In this document: in pieces, positions 8,495 through 18,069 of the stretch
Layout of the letters: each line of letters starts with the position of its first letter
How positions within the stretch are numbered: position 1 is the first letter of the stretch
Source: an uncultured Polaromonas sp.
GTDB taxonomy: Bacteria; Pseudomonadota; Gammaproteobacteria; Burkholderiales; Burkholderiaceae_C
NCBI GenBank assembly: GCA_966112355.1
Contig: CBHWCZ010000007.1
Coordinates: 22,752 to 86,751 of the forward strand
Reading direction: 5' to 3'
Length of the DNA stretch: 64,000 nt
Notes under the pieces: model-generated
What the model was told of the DNA's origin: nothing
The model's input: only the letters and a program-made list of their open reading frames with translations
The model's database searches: none
Made by a program: the position numbers and the translations under genes

Positions 8495-9724
8495 TTAAAC
8501 AGCGGTGACTTTGACGGACTCGACCACATTGCGCATGTAGCCGGCGGGCTGCCACAGGGCCTCCATCGGCTGGCTTTGGCCCGAGCGGTTCCAGGCGCGT
8601 ACGCGCAAATCGTGGCTGCCTTTTTCTGGGGTGAAGGCGAAGGTGAACTCGCGAAAGGAGTAGCGACCCATGTCAGCACCCAGCCTGGCGCTGCGCCAAC
8701 TCTGACCACCGTCAGTGGAGTAAGCCACTTCTCGAACACCTTGCCCGCCATCAAAGGCGATGCCACGCACCACGGCCTGCTCGCCCGCCCGCACCCGACC
8801 ACCGTTTTGGACCGAAGTGATGAAGGAGCGCACATTGAATCGCCCAATAGGCCGCGTCGCTGCGGGTGCTGTCCCCGGCTCGACACAGGCACAGTCGTTG
8901 TCTGGAATGCGGTAGGCCGGCTTCATCCAGAAGCCCTCGAAGCTCTGGTCCACCACCTCGATTTCCGACAGGTGCTTGACCCAGTAGGTGCCGTAGTAGC
9001 CGGGCACGATCAACTTGACCGGATAGCCGTTGAGCAGCGGAATGTCTGCACCATTCATCTGGTAGGCGATCATCACTTCGCCATCCATCGCGTGGTTCAC
9101 ATCGATCGACTTGACGAAGTCGCCACCGCCAAACAGGGCCTGATCGAGGCCGTTGAAGGTCACCTCGCGCGCACTGTTCTTGAGCTCGGCGCGGGCCAGC
9201 ACATCCTTGAGCGCGACCCCCACCCAGCGCGCATTGCCCATAGCACCGTTGGAAAGCTGACCACCAGTGACGCGCGGCGAGAAATGGCCGCGGCTGTTGC
9301 CGGAGCACTGATTGACTGCCAGGTACTCGACGGGTTTGAACTGCGTCTTGAGATCGGCCAGAGTCAACTCGTAGGGCTTGCCCGCCGCGTTGCCACCAAT
9401 CTTGATTACATGCTTGTCCGCGTCAATCGTGGTGGGAATGCCGGCATTGTGATAGCGCACGAAGAAGGCGTCATTGGGCGTGATCAGGCCATCGTTGAAC
9501 ACCTCGAACGGCGTTTCCAGTTGTGGCGGCCGCGAGGTCAGCACAATCAGCGGGCGCTTTTCCGGGTAGGCAACCAGATTGCGCTTGCCGTTGACGAAAG
9601 GCAGCTCGACAACGGTGCCTTGCGCGAAAGCACTTCGACCGAAGGCTGCTGCGGCAAGGGCACCAGCGCCTCCGGCGAGAAGCCTGCGGCGCAGCAGGTG
9701 CTTGTTCTTGTGGCCGTCTGTCAT
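8495..9724 (-). CDS. sorA: Molybdopterin sulfite dehydrogenase, Tat-exported
   Basis: RRRLL Tat signal; RPPQLETP, NDAFFVRYH, QCSGNSR, NGYPVKLIVPGYYG. Confidence 0.9.
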   Translation of the reverse strand: MTDGHKNKHLLRRRLLAGGAGALAAAAFGRSAFAQGTVVELPFVNGKRNLVAYPEKRPLIVLTSRPPQLETPFEVFNDGLITPNDAFFVRYHNAGIPTTIDADKHVIKIGGNAAGKPYELTLADLKTQFKPVEYLAVNQCSGNSRGHFSPRVTGGQLSNGAMGNARWVGVALKDVLARAELKNSAREVTFNGLDQALFGGGDFVKSIDVNHAMDGEVMIAYQMNGADIPLLNGYPVKLIVPGYYGTYWVKHLSEIEVVDQSFEGFWMKPAYRIPDNDCACVEPGTAPAATRPIGRFNVRSFITSVQNGGRVRAGEQAVVRGIAFDGGQGVREVAYSTDGGQSWRSARLGADMGRYSFREFTFAFTPEKGSHDLRVRAWNRSGQSQPMEALWQPAGYMRNVVESVKVTAV

Positions 9725-9769
9725 GATTGTCTCCTTGTGGTTGGTGAAGTGAAAGTGGTTGGCAAAACG

Positions 9770-10372
9770 CTAACGGGGCGACTGGGCAGTCGCTACTGGT
9801 GAAAACGTGGCTTGAGCGACCGATAGCGCATGCTTTTTTTGCGCCACCAAGACCAGCGGCTTGCCGTCACGTGACGTCACCACCTGCCAGTACACATTGC
9901 CCCACCAGCCGTGGTCTTCGCTGAGCTTCACCGGCTGGTCAAAGGCGAACACGGTCACCATGCCGCCTTTTTCAAAAAAAGTGGTCAGGTGATAGACCAA
10001 ATGGCCTTCAATATCGCAAGGCCGCATCAGTTGCGGAAAGCCGGGAAGAGTCTGGGATTGGCCCAGCCCCAGATGCTCCAGGATTTTCCGGCCCTCCATG
10101 AAGTTGCCGCGCAGGGTTCGCTCGTAGTACTCGTGCTCAATCGCGCCGCGCACCAGCTCCGGAGGCCGCATCGCGAACACGGCACCCACGCCGGTGCCCA
10201 GCAGCAGCAAACCTGCTATCCCGCGCTGCACAGCAGGCCGTAATAGCCATCGGCTTTGGCGGAACAGACTGGCGGGCGGTTGACCCGGCGCGTAGGCCAG
10301 CGCCAATTCGGCGCGGGCGCGGAGATCAAATTCGTTGTCTTCGAAGGGCTTCAACTCGTTTGTTTCTTTCAT
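9770..10372 (-). CDS. Putative anti-sigma factor (single transmembrane helix)
   Basis: Follows an ECF sigma gene by 2 nt; hydrophobic segment IAGLLLLGTGVGAVFA. Confidence 0.55.
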   Translation of the reverse strand: MKETNELKPFEDNEFDLRARAELALAYAPGQPPASLFRQSRWLLRPAVQRGIAGLLLLGTGVGAVFAMRPPELVRGAIEHEYYERTLRGNFMEGRKILEHLGLGQSQTLPGFPQLMRPCDIEGHLVYHLTTFFEKGGMVTVFAFDQPVKLSEDHGWWGNVYWQVVTSRDGKPLVLVAQKKHALSVAQATFSPVATAQSPR

Positions 10373-10374
10373 GG

Positions 10375-10947
10375 TCAGGAGTCCTGGTTTCTGCGCAGCA
10401 CCGTGACCTTGCTGTCCTCGGCATAGTCCCCAGGCGCCTGCAGGTCTGTGGATCTCACCGGTATCATGGCCGCTTTCAGCGCATCGCGCGCCCGCGCCAA
10501 GCGCGACAGAACCGTGCCGGGTGCTACTTCCAGCGCCTCCGCCATCAGGGCGGTGGGCATGTCGTCAAAGTAATAGAGCACCAGCACTTCGCGGTGTATG
10601 GGCGCGATTTTTTGCAAGGCGCGCACCACATCTAGACGGTCGTCAATGCCGGACTCCGGCGCGGCGCGTGAGGCTGTATCCATAGCCAGCGCGTCGTTGT
10701 CATCCAGACAGAGCAGGCCGGGTGCCATGTGGCGCAGCGCGCTGCGGCGCATGATCTGGAACAGCCAGGCGCGGGCGAGTTCAGGTTCCCGTAGCTGGTT
10801 GCGGTATTTCCACGCGCTGGTGAAACAGTCCTGCACCACATCCTCGGCCACGGCGCGTGAGCCACTCATGGCCCAGGCGCTGCGCATCAGGAAGCGGTAG
10901 TGGTCACGCACCCATTGGTTGTAGCGGGACTCGGCAGTTTCGAACAT
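10375..10947 (-). CDS. ECF RNA polymerase sigma factor
   Basis: AEDVVQDCF, RAWLFQI, GTVLSRLARAR. Confidence 0.92.
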   Translation of the reverse strand: MFETAESRYNQWVRDHYRFLMRSAWAMSGSRAVAEDVVQDCFTSAWKYRNQLREPELARAWLFQIMRRSALRHMAPGLLCLDDNDALAMDTASRAAPESGIDDRLDVVRALQKIAPIHREVLVLYYFDDMPTALMAEALEVAPGTVLSRLARARDALKAAMIPVRSTDLQAPGDYAEDSKVTVLRRNQDS

Positions 10948-11032
10948 GCGTATAAGAGCAGTAGTTCAGGGCGCTCATTCCATTCCCCTGATAAATAGTC
11001 ACAGGGGTTTACCCGCAGACCCAGAGGCGTGG

Positions 11033-11407
11033 TCAGCCACCGCCCCGGACCGCCCCCAGTGCCGGATAACCACCTGGCTCTGGGTTGGGCCCGTGTCGTA
11101 AGACCGCCATGCGCCCGCGCATCGCAGCGATTTCCACGGTCTGGCTGGCAATGATGTCCTCGGCAATCTGACGCACCAGCGGGTCGCGTCCGTGTATCAG
11201 CACCAGCCGCGCCATGTCCACCGCCCCCTCGTGGTGGGGAATCATCATCGCCAGAAAGTCTGCATCCGGGTTGCCGGTGTAGCCCGGCCCGTGCATGTCC
11301 TGCATCATGCGGGCCATGCCGGTGTCCATGTCGACTTCAAAGCGACTGGCCGGAGGCGGGTGACCTCCCGCCAACCCTTGTGCGTGGTGGTTACTGTGGT
11401 CGGTCAT
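11033..11407 (-). CDS. DUF305 / CopM-like metal-binding protein
   Basis: DADFLAMMIPHHEGAVDMA ... IIASQTVEI; ATGA overlap with the upstream gene. Confidence 0.85.
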   Translation of the reverse strand: MTDHSNHHAQGLAGGHPPPASRFEVDMDTGMARMMQDMHGPGYTGNPDADFLAMMIPHHEGAVDMARLVLIHGRDPLVRQIAEDIIASQTVEIAAMRGRMAVLRHGPNPEPGGYPALGAVRGGG

Positions 11408-12819
11408 GCAGTCTGCCCATTGCTGCCGGGCCGGACATAGACCAGGTTGATGCTCTTCTTGTTGCGCAATTCGCCTGACGGCAGTTTGAGTGCGCCCAGC
11501 GGAATCTGGGTGATGAGTTTGGGCTCCAGCGGTGATGACACATCGAATGCGGAGCACACCACCTGCCCTGCGTTGGGGGTTCCGGGCAGTTCGTCCTGTT
11601 CATGCGCCACGTAGAGCAGGTTGTTGGCCGGGTTGGTCCAGATTCCATGGGCCTCGCGGCCACCGGTGTAGACCATGCCCACGACCTTTTGCTGAGCCAC
11701 GGGGACCGAGCGGTCGATGATGGCCAGGCGGCTGGAGGCAGCGCCGTTCGGGCCACCGTCGTCGACGCGCGCCAGACTCATGTAGGTCACCTGGCCACGG
11801 GCATTGTCCACAAACTCCAGGTGGTTGGGGCGTGCCAGTTCACCCAGGGCAATCGTGCTCAACACAGCACCCGGGTCTTTGACCGACACGATCGAGACCG
11901 CATCAGCCAGCTTGTGCGACAGCCACATCTGGTTGCCGTCCGGCGAGAGTTTTTGGAACGGCGTGAAGGCAGGTTTGTCCTGACTGCTCAGGTCCACAAG
12001 GCGCAAGCGTTTCGGGCGTGAATGGCCTTTCGCGTCGGCGTTGACCTGCAGGATCTCGAGCTGTGCGGTTTTCTGGCTGATGACAAAGGCCAGCGCGCCG
12101 TCTTTGGAAAACCAGACCTGGGCCGGGCCGTTGAGCGTGGGGATGTACGCGCGAACAGCTAGCGCGGGGATGCCGGTCGGACTGGTCAGCTGCTGGGTGG
12201 CCTGCGCCACGTCGATGATGGCGATGCGGTCCTCACCGCGGAGGGTGACCCATAACTCCTTGCCGTTACGGGTAAAGGTCGGCTCATGCGGCTCACGTCC
12301 CAGCAAGATGCCACTGGACAACCGCTCCGGGTTGGTGGTGGCGCCAGCCTGTGGATTGGCCACATTGCCCACCACGCGCCGGTTCACCGCGTCAATCAGG
12401 TAAATGTTGCTGCTGCCGCGGCCCGAGGTGGCCAGCAGTGTGCCGTCCGGGTTGGGCACTGCGCCGTGGGCGTCAATGCAGCCGTGGTACAGGGGCTTGT
12501 GAATCATGGCGGCATGGGTGGGCATAACGCCGCCGGTGACAAACCGAAACGGCGGCCGTGCTTCTTCGTCAAAGCTGGTGAGGTTGATGGTGGTGTCCAC
12601 CGTATTGCTGGCAGGATTGATCACGCTGATGGTGTTTGAATCCTCGTTGGTGATGAAGACACGGTCCACCGGTGCGATGTCGGGTCCAGCGGATATTCCC
12701 ATCACTGGTGCAGGTTGCGCTGCAGCTGGTGCCACCGCCCAAGGCGCGGCCGCGACGGCGGGTAGCGCCGCAGCGGCTTTCAGGAAGTCGCGACGCGAGT
12801 CATTGAGAAATTCAGTCAT
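11404..12819 (-). CDS. Tat-exported YncE/YVTN-like beta-propeller protein
   Basis: SRRDFLK Tat motif; VFITNEDSNTISVI; repeated xHE/xHG blades. Confidence 0.8.
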   Translation of the reverse strand: MTEFLNDSRRDFLKAAAALPAVAAAPWAVAPAAAQPAPVMGISAGPDIAPVDRVFITNEDSNTISVINPASNTVDTTINLTSFDEEARPPFRFVTGGVMPTHAAMIHKPLYHGCIDAHGAVPNPDGTLLATSGRGSSNIYLIDAVNRRVVGNVANPQAGATTNPERLSSGILLGREPHEPTFTRNGKELWVTLRGEDRIAIIDVAQATQQLTSPTGIPALAVRAYIPTLNGPAQVWFSKDGALAFVISQKTAQLEILQVNADAKGHSRPKRLRLVDLSSQDKPAFTPFQKLSPDGNQMWLSHKLADAVSIVSVKDPGAVLSTIALGELARPNHLEFVDNARGQVTYMSLARVDDGGPNGAASSRLAIIDRSVPVAQQKVVGMVYTGGREAHGIWTNPANNLLYVAHEQDELPGTPNAGQVVCSAFDVSSPLEPKLITQIPLGALKLPSGELRNKKSINLVYVRPGSNGQTA

Positions 12820-12963
12820 GAGTTCTTTCGAAAGTTGAAAAATGGAGTTGCAAAAGTGCTGGCAAAGTACGCTCTGGCGTAAACCGGCTGCAAGGTCAGC
12901 CGCCCTCGTGATTCGCGCCAATGATGGTCTGATTAATTCGATGAATTGGGCGCGGTCACGCAG

Positions 12964-13815
12964 TCAGCGCGGCGTGTCGAGCTGTCGGTAGACCTCGCCG
13001 GACACCCGCGCCAGTTCGGCCTTGTCGGCGTCGGCCGAAATCGCATAGCCGAAGGGACCATTGACCCAGTAGAAAACATTGACGCCGCCTTCCCGGGCAA
13101 AGCGGAAGGCTGTTTCCTGATTCTTCTGGCCTGGCGCTGTAGCGCTCACACCACTGACCTCATTTGAGACATACAGCGTCAGCTTGGCGCCGGCGTTGTC
13201 GTGGTACATGAACTGCGCGACCGGCCCGTTGTCGCCCGGCAACAACCGGCCACCGTCGAGGGCGTAGCCCAGCGTCTGCAGATGGGGCGGTTTCATGGTC
13301 GCACCCATGCGCTTGGACAGCCAGGCCACCAGTTGGTCTTCATGGTCGGCGCTGACTTCAACGGGCCGCCGTACGTCAGGGCTGTAGACCGCATGGGCAA
13401 TCGCCGCGCGCTGCGCAAACCCTGTGGCCGACGCGACGGCGATGGCGCTGGGCGTGCGCTGGGCCACCATGCCAGCACCTGGCTCGGAGCCCAGACCGCC
13501 GCGCAGGCCCCAGCCTGCGGCGCCACTGACCACGGCAATCGCGATGCCAGCGGCCATGCGCTGCAGATACCAGGGCGTGCGTGGCCTGGCAGCCTGCCGG
13601 ATCCGCAGCGGCAGCGATTCTTCGAGCACTGGATTGAAGAGTGCGCGCAGTTCGCGCTTTTGGGTCAGATAGCTTTCGACGCGTTGCGCCTCTTCGGGGC
13701 GACGGGCCAGATACGCTTCGATCTCGCGCTGACGCTCCGGCGTGAGTTGACGATCCACGTAAGCGTGCAATTCAGCTTCGGTGACGGGTGTTGGGGGAGG
13801 TGTGACTGGGTTCAT
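12964..13815 (-). CDS. Transmembrane anti-sigma factor (RsiW-like)
   Basis: ELHAYVDRQL, AHAVYSPDVRRPVEV, LVAWLSKR, GGRLLP. Confidence 0.88.
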   Translation of the reverse strand: MNPVTPPPTPVTEAELHAYVDRQLTPERQREIEAYLARRPEEAQRVESYLTQKRELRALFNPVLEESLPLRIRQAARPRTPWYLQRMAAGIAIAVVSGAAGWGLRGGLGSEPGAGMVAQRTPSAIAVASATGFAQRAAIAHAVYSPDVRRPVEVSADHEDQLVAWLSKRMGATMKPPHLQTLGYALDGGRLLPGDNGPVAQFMYHDNAGAKLTLYVSNEVSGVSATAPGQKNQETAFRFAREGGVNVFYWVNGPFGYAISADADKAELARVSGEVYRQLDTPR

Positions 13816-13825
13816 GACGGTCTGT

Positions 13826-14350
13826 TCATTTAACGACTTTGAGTCGAACGGGATCATGTTGGCCTTCCATGAGAGAACGCAAGCGCTCACGACCACGCGA
13901 GAGGCGCGACATGACCGAGCCGATGGGGATACCCAGGGCAGCGGCCACTTCGGCGTAACTCATGTCTTCCAGCGCGATCAGCAAAATGATCTCCCTTTGC
14001 TCTACCGGCAGCTTCTCCAGAGCGGCCTGCAAATCCATGACGGCAAGGCTCTCACCCTGGGTCGCTGCGACCGGCAATTCGGGGGTGTCGTCATCGAGGA
14101 CCACGGTGTGCAGCTTGGGCCTGCGGACACCGTCCACGTGCAGGTTATGCATCATGCCGAACAACCACGCCCGCATATCCGAGACACCTCGCCACAGCGC
14201 CGATTTGGCCAGTGCCCGCTCCAGCGTGTCTTGCACCAGGTCATCGGCGTCCTCGCGGTTGCCCACCAGCGCCCGCGCGTAACGGCGCAGGCGCGGCACC
14301 CAGGTCAGCAGGTGGTCGTCACCGTTCTCGTCGTAGAGGTCGTTTTGCAA
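13826..14350 (-). CDS. ECF RNA polymerase sigma factor
   Basis: LRRYARAL, ADDLVQDTLERA, GSVMSRLSRGR. Confidence 0.92.
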   Translation of the reverse strand: MQNDLYDENGDDHLLTWVPRLRRYARALVGNREDADDLVQDTLERALAKSALWRGVSDMRAWLFGMMHNLHVDGVRRPKLHTVVLDDDTPELPVAATQGESLAVMDLQAALEKLPVEQREIILLIALEDMSYAEVAAALGIPIGSVMSRLSRGRERLRSLMEGQHDPVRLKVVK

Positions 14351-14390
14351 ACTGCCGCCTGGTTATTTTGCCGGTCTGAACGTCAACCCA

Positions 14391-14786
14391 TCATTCCTTG
14401 ATGATGTGCCAGACGTCCTTGAAGTTGTCGCCGGTGCGGTCACCCGCTTTCTGGTCAGCTTTGTAGAAGTACAGTGGCTTACCTTTGTAGGCGAGCTGGC
14501 GCGCGCCATCGTCGCGCGTCACGACACTGTAATCGCCAAAGGGCTGATCGGTGGTTGCCATCAGGGGCGGCCACAGGCCGGCGCAGGGACCATTGCAAAC
14601 GCTTTTGCCGCTGCCGGCCTTGTCGTTGTCAAAGGTGTAGAGCGTCATGCCATTGGATGCCACCAGCGCACCGCCAGACATTTTGGCGGGTGCATCGGCC
14701 GCAACGGCAGATATGCTGACAACCATGGAGGCCGCGCTGATGGCAAGGGTTGCCAGAAAAAGCGGGATTTTCATACTGTTCTCCAA
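14391..14786 (-). CDS. Secreted repeat protein (COG4315/Lipoprotein_15-like)
   Basis: GMTLYTFDND, CNGPCAGLWPP, KPLYFY..D. Confidence 0.85.
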   Translation of the reverse strand: MENSMKIPLFLATLAISAASMVVSISAVAADAPAKMSGGALVASNGMTLYTFDNDKAGSGKSVCNGPCAGLWPPLMATTDQPFGDYSVVTRDDGARQLAYKGKPLYFYKADQKAGDRTGDNFKDVWHIIKE

Positions 14787-14810
14787 TGAGTGTGTGTGGC
14801 GGGTTGGCGA

Positions 14811-15245
14811 TCAGTACGCGGCAACTGACAGCTTGGGATCAATCTGCCAGGTTTCGCTGACGATCTTGCCCAGTCGGAAGGTCAGCACGTAGCGAACCTT
14901 GATGGGGGCCTTGCCTTCGAACTGTACGTTGGCAGACACTGTCGAGCCGCTGGTGTTGGCAGACTCTTCCAGCTTGTCGACGCTGACTTTCAGCGGACCC
15001 TGCGACTTGGTGAACTTTTCCCACACGCCGCGAATCGCGTCCGGACTGGCGTAAGTGCCGTCCAGCGGACCACCCACCCAGTTGAACTGGGCCTGGTCCG
15101 CGTAGCCGCGCATGACGATGGACAAATCGCCCGAGCCGATGGCCTGGAAGTGGGTCTTGGCGTCATCGGCCGGGGCAGCCATGGCACCGGTGGCGGTAAA
15201 CAGCACAGCGGCGGCGCAAGCGGTAAGGGAAAGGGTTTTGAACAT
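14811..15245 (-). CDS. Secreted SnoaL/NTF2-like protein
   Basis: Signal peptide; HFQAIGSGDL...WVGGPLDGTY...ETWQI. Confidence 0.7.
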   Translation of the reverse strand: MFKTLSLTACAAAVLFTATGAMAAPADDAKTHFQAIGSGDLSIVMRGYADQAQFNWVGGPLDGTYASPDAIRGVWEKFTKSQGPLKVSVDKLEESANTSGSTVSANVQFEGKAPIKVRYVLTFRLGKIVSETWQIDPKLSVAAY

Positions 15246-15374
15246 GAAAAGCTCCTGGTAAGGTAAGACGAGTGAAGTTGCGGTGAGGCTTGAACTTGGT
15301 CGCAGCAGCCAATTGCTGCTGTCATGGAGGTAGACGGTTCGCAATGCCGGTTTATTCCAGAAGCCTGAAAATAA

Positions 15375-16532
15375 TTAACCAATCAGAGCAAACACCCACC
15401 GGTTGATCAGCGCACCGCCCACCACCAGCCAAGTGAAGAGGGTCAGCGCCAGCAAGAGAGGCTTGACGCCGGCTTTGCGTATGGAGGATATGTGGGTGGC
15501 AAGACCCAGCGCTGCCATCGCCATGGCCAGCAAACCGGTGTCGACCTCGGTCGTTACAGCCACGACACTTGGCGGCAGCAGGTTCAACGAGTTGAACAGC
15601 ACCACACCGACAAAGGCAAAGGCGAACCAGGGCACAGCCAGCTTGGGCTGGATGAGCGCCCCAAGACGTACAGTGTGCTCATGGGCAGCTGGTGCCGGGG
15701 CCATTCGCACGGTGCGCCTGGCGTCGTCCCGCGCCAGCCAGGCCGATAGCATGATGAGAAAGGGCGCCAGCATCATCACGCGCACCATCTTGGCGATGAC
15801 AGCCGTGTCGGCCGCGTGGGGGCCTACCGAGCGCGCTGCAGCCACCACCTGGGCCACCTCGTGAATGGTGGAGCCGACATAGATGCCGAAGCCGTCAGCG
15901 CCGCCCGGAACCAGCTGCCACTGGCGATTGAGCTCAAACAGCAGCGGGTACAAGAAGATGGCGATGGTGCCGAACACCACCACGGTGGCCACGGCGACCG
16001 TGACCTGTTCGGCGCGCGCTTTCACCACCGGCTCAGCGGCCATCACGGCAGCAGCGCCGCAAATCGAGCTGCCGGCACCAATCAACATCACCGTCTTGCG
16101 ATCCATGCCGAGGCAGCGGATGCCAATGACGCATGCCAGCGCAAACGTCGAACCCAGGACCAACGCATCGGTGGCCACGCCCGCCAGGCCGACGTGGCCA
16201 ATATCCTGCACCGTAAGCCGCAAGCCGTACAGCACCACACCCAGGCGCAGCAGGTTTTGTTTGGAAAAGTTGACCCCGGCGCCGCTCACTCTGGCCACAC
16301 GCGGATAAGCCGTGTTGCCGACCAGCATGCCCAGCACGATGGCGAGTGTCAGGGCGCTGAACCCGTGGTCCTGCAGCCAGCCGATGCGGCTCAGCGCGAT
16401 CGCGGCCGCAGCCAGAGCACCGCTAATTACCAGGCCAGGCAGCAGGCGCAGCAATGGGTCCATCGCATTCCTGACGGCCCGGCCAGACGCAGGGGCTTCG
16501 AAGGAAGGTCGGGAGGGTGCGGCGGTGGTCAT
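15375..16532 (-). CDS. yeiH: YeiH-family membrane exporter
   Basis: LLRLGVVLYG, GSSICGAAAV, GSTIHEVAQV, KMVRVMML; divergent LysR partner. Confidence 0.9.
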   Translation of the reverse strand: MTTAAPSRPSFEAPASGRAVRNAMDPLLRLLPGLVISGALAAAAIALSRIGWLQDHGFSALTLAIVLGMLVGNTAYPRVARVSGAGVNFSKQNLLRLGVVLYGLRLTVQDIGHVGLAGVATDALVLGSTFALACVIGIRCLGMDRKTVMLIGAGSSICGAAAVMAAEPVVKARAEQVTVAVATVVVFGTIAIFLYPLLFELNRQWQLVPGGADGFGIYVGSTIHEVAQVVAAARSVGPHAADTAVIAKMVRVMMLAPFLIMLSAWLARDDARRTVRMAPAPAAHEHTVRLGALIQPKLAVPWFAFAFVGVVLFNSLNLLPPSVVAVTTEVDTGLLAMAMAALGLATHISSIRKAGVKPLLLALTLFTWLVVGGALINRWVFALIG

Positions 16533-16659
16533 GGTGTTCTCCATCAGGTTCGGTTCGTCAGGGTCGAATGTAGAGTTCTGTAATCTATCCGTCCAACAGC
16601 TTGTTTGAGTAACATATAGCTGTTTAATCAATATACAAAGCACGCAGGGGAACTCGACC

Positions 16660-17586
16660 ATGGATGTACTGCGCCTGACATTGCGTCAACTGCAAATTTT
16701 TGTGGCGGTGGCCCAAACCGGCAGCACGACGGCAGCCAGCACGCAAATTGCCCTGTCGCAGTCGGCGACCAGCGCGGCCGTCAAGGAGCTGGAGCGTCTG
16801 CTGTCGCTCCACCTGTTCGACAGGGCAGGTAAACGCCTGCTGCTCAACGACAACGGACGAGCTCTGCTGCCGCGGGCGCAGGCCCTGCTGGACGGCGCGG
16901 CCGGGATCGAGCAGATGTCCCGTGATGGCATGGCGCAGTCCCAGTCGCTGCGGATTGGCGCTAGCACCACGATTGGTAACTACGTGTTGCCCCGGCTTCT
17001 CAGGCAGTTTCTGCGTGGACGGCACCAAGACATCGCCACCAGTTGGCATTCAAGGATTGCCATAAACAACACTGAAGCGATATGCGACGCAGTGGACCGG
17101 TTCGAACTCGATGTGGGGCTGATAGAAGGCCCCTGCCACCATACGTCACTCATAGTCACCCCATGGATGCAGGACGAGCTGGTGGTGGTGGGGCACCCGA
17201 CTCTTGCGAATAAATCGAAGCAAGGGCGGGTGTCACTGAAAACATTACGCGATTGGGTATGGCTGCTGCGCGAGGCGGGCTCGGGTACCCGAGAGGCGAC
17301 AGACCAATTGCTACTGCCTCATCTCACTTCCTACCGCCACAGCATCGAACTAGGAAGCTCAGAGGCGATTAAGCACTCGGCTGCAGCAGGACTTGGAGCG
17401 GCATGCCTTTCGCGATGGGTCGTAAGCGACATGCTAGAGGCAAAACTCTTGAAGCGTGTCAATACCACGCTGCCGAAAATGACCCGCCAGTGTTATACGG
17501 TGATTCATCGAGGCAAACAACATACGCCAGCGTTACTGGACTTTATCGATCAAGCAACATCGCTTACAAAATCTAGAGGGAAATAG
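16660..17586 (+). CDS. yeiE: LysR regulator, YeiE-like
   Basis: LTLRQLQIF HTH; GASTTIGNY, LREAGSGTR; divergent from yeiH. Confidence 0.8.
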   Translation: MDVLRLTLRQLQIFVAVAQTGSTTAASTQIALSQSATSAAVKELERLLSLHLFDRAGKRLLLNDNGRALLPRAQALLDGAAGIEQMSRDGMAQSQSLRIGASTTIGNYVLPRLLRQFLRGRHQDIATSWHSRIAINNTEAICDAVDRFELDVGLIEGPCHHTSLIVTPWMQDELVVVGHPTLANKSKQGRVSLKTLRDWVWLLREAGSGTREATDQLLLPHLTSYRHSIELGSSEAIKHSAAAGLGAACLSRWVVSDMLEAKLLKRVNTTLPKMTRQCYTVIHRGKQHTPALLDFIDQATSLTKSRGK

Positions 17587-17614
17587 AAATGTTCTGCGAA
17601 AAGTGAAGCGGGGG

Positions 17615-17840
17615 ATGCTTCGTATCCTTGATTCGTGGATCGAGGGACTTCGACTCGGTCCAGTCGCCTATAGAACTCACACCATTCGCAAAACTAAAGC
17701 ATCCTTGATTTACTGTCGAACGAAGAATATTCGACTTGTCCAATCGCTTCTGGGTCATACCAAACTCTAAAACACCGGGCGGTGCCTCGGCATTGAGGTA
17801 GCAGAAGCCTTGTAGCTTTCATAGTAGACAGAGATTTGCC
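17615..17840 (+). pseudogene. Small tyrosine recombinase, C-terminal remnant
   Basis: YRTHTIRKTKASLIYCRTKNIRLVQSLLGHTKL*NTGRCLGIEVAEAL* (HxxR and LGH boxes); stops at 17768 and 17813; catalytic Tyr position reads Cys. Confidence 0.85.
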
Positions 17841-17901
17841 AGATTGAACTTGGCTGCTGGTTGAATGATTTTTGACTTCCAGTTACAGGTCGTTCCGGTG
17901 C

Positions 17902-17928
17902 GTCCGCTTCTGGCCCGGATGCGGAAAC
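17902..17928 (+). repeat. Cargo hairpin motif copy H2
   Basis: gtccgcttctggcccggatgcggaaac, preceded by ggtcgttc. Confidence 0.8.
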
Positions 17929-18069
17929 TTTGTGCTCCGTCACCAGCATGGTGAAGAAGCCCTTCACCCCGGGCGCGCCGATTTTGGGAGGGTGCTGCAT
18001 TTGCCACCAGGTCGATAAAGCCTGTAGAGTCCAAATGCGCAAAGACGCGCCAACATTCAGGAGACTGCC

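Noticed and set aside
17040-17586. Chimeric yeiE (3' half looks less GC-rich)
   Set aside because: Impression only; the frame and LysR motifs are continuous and no junction sequence is visible.
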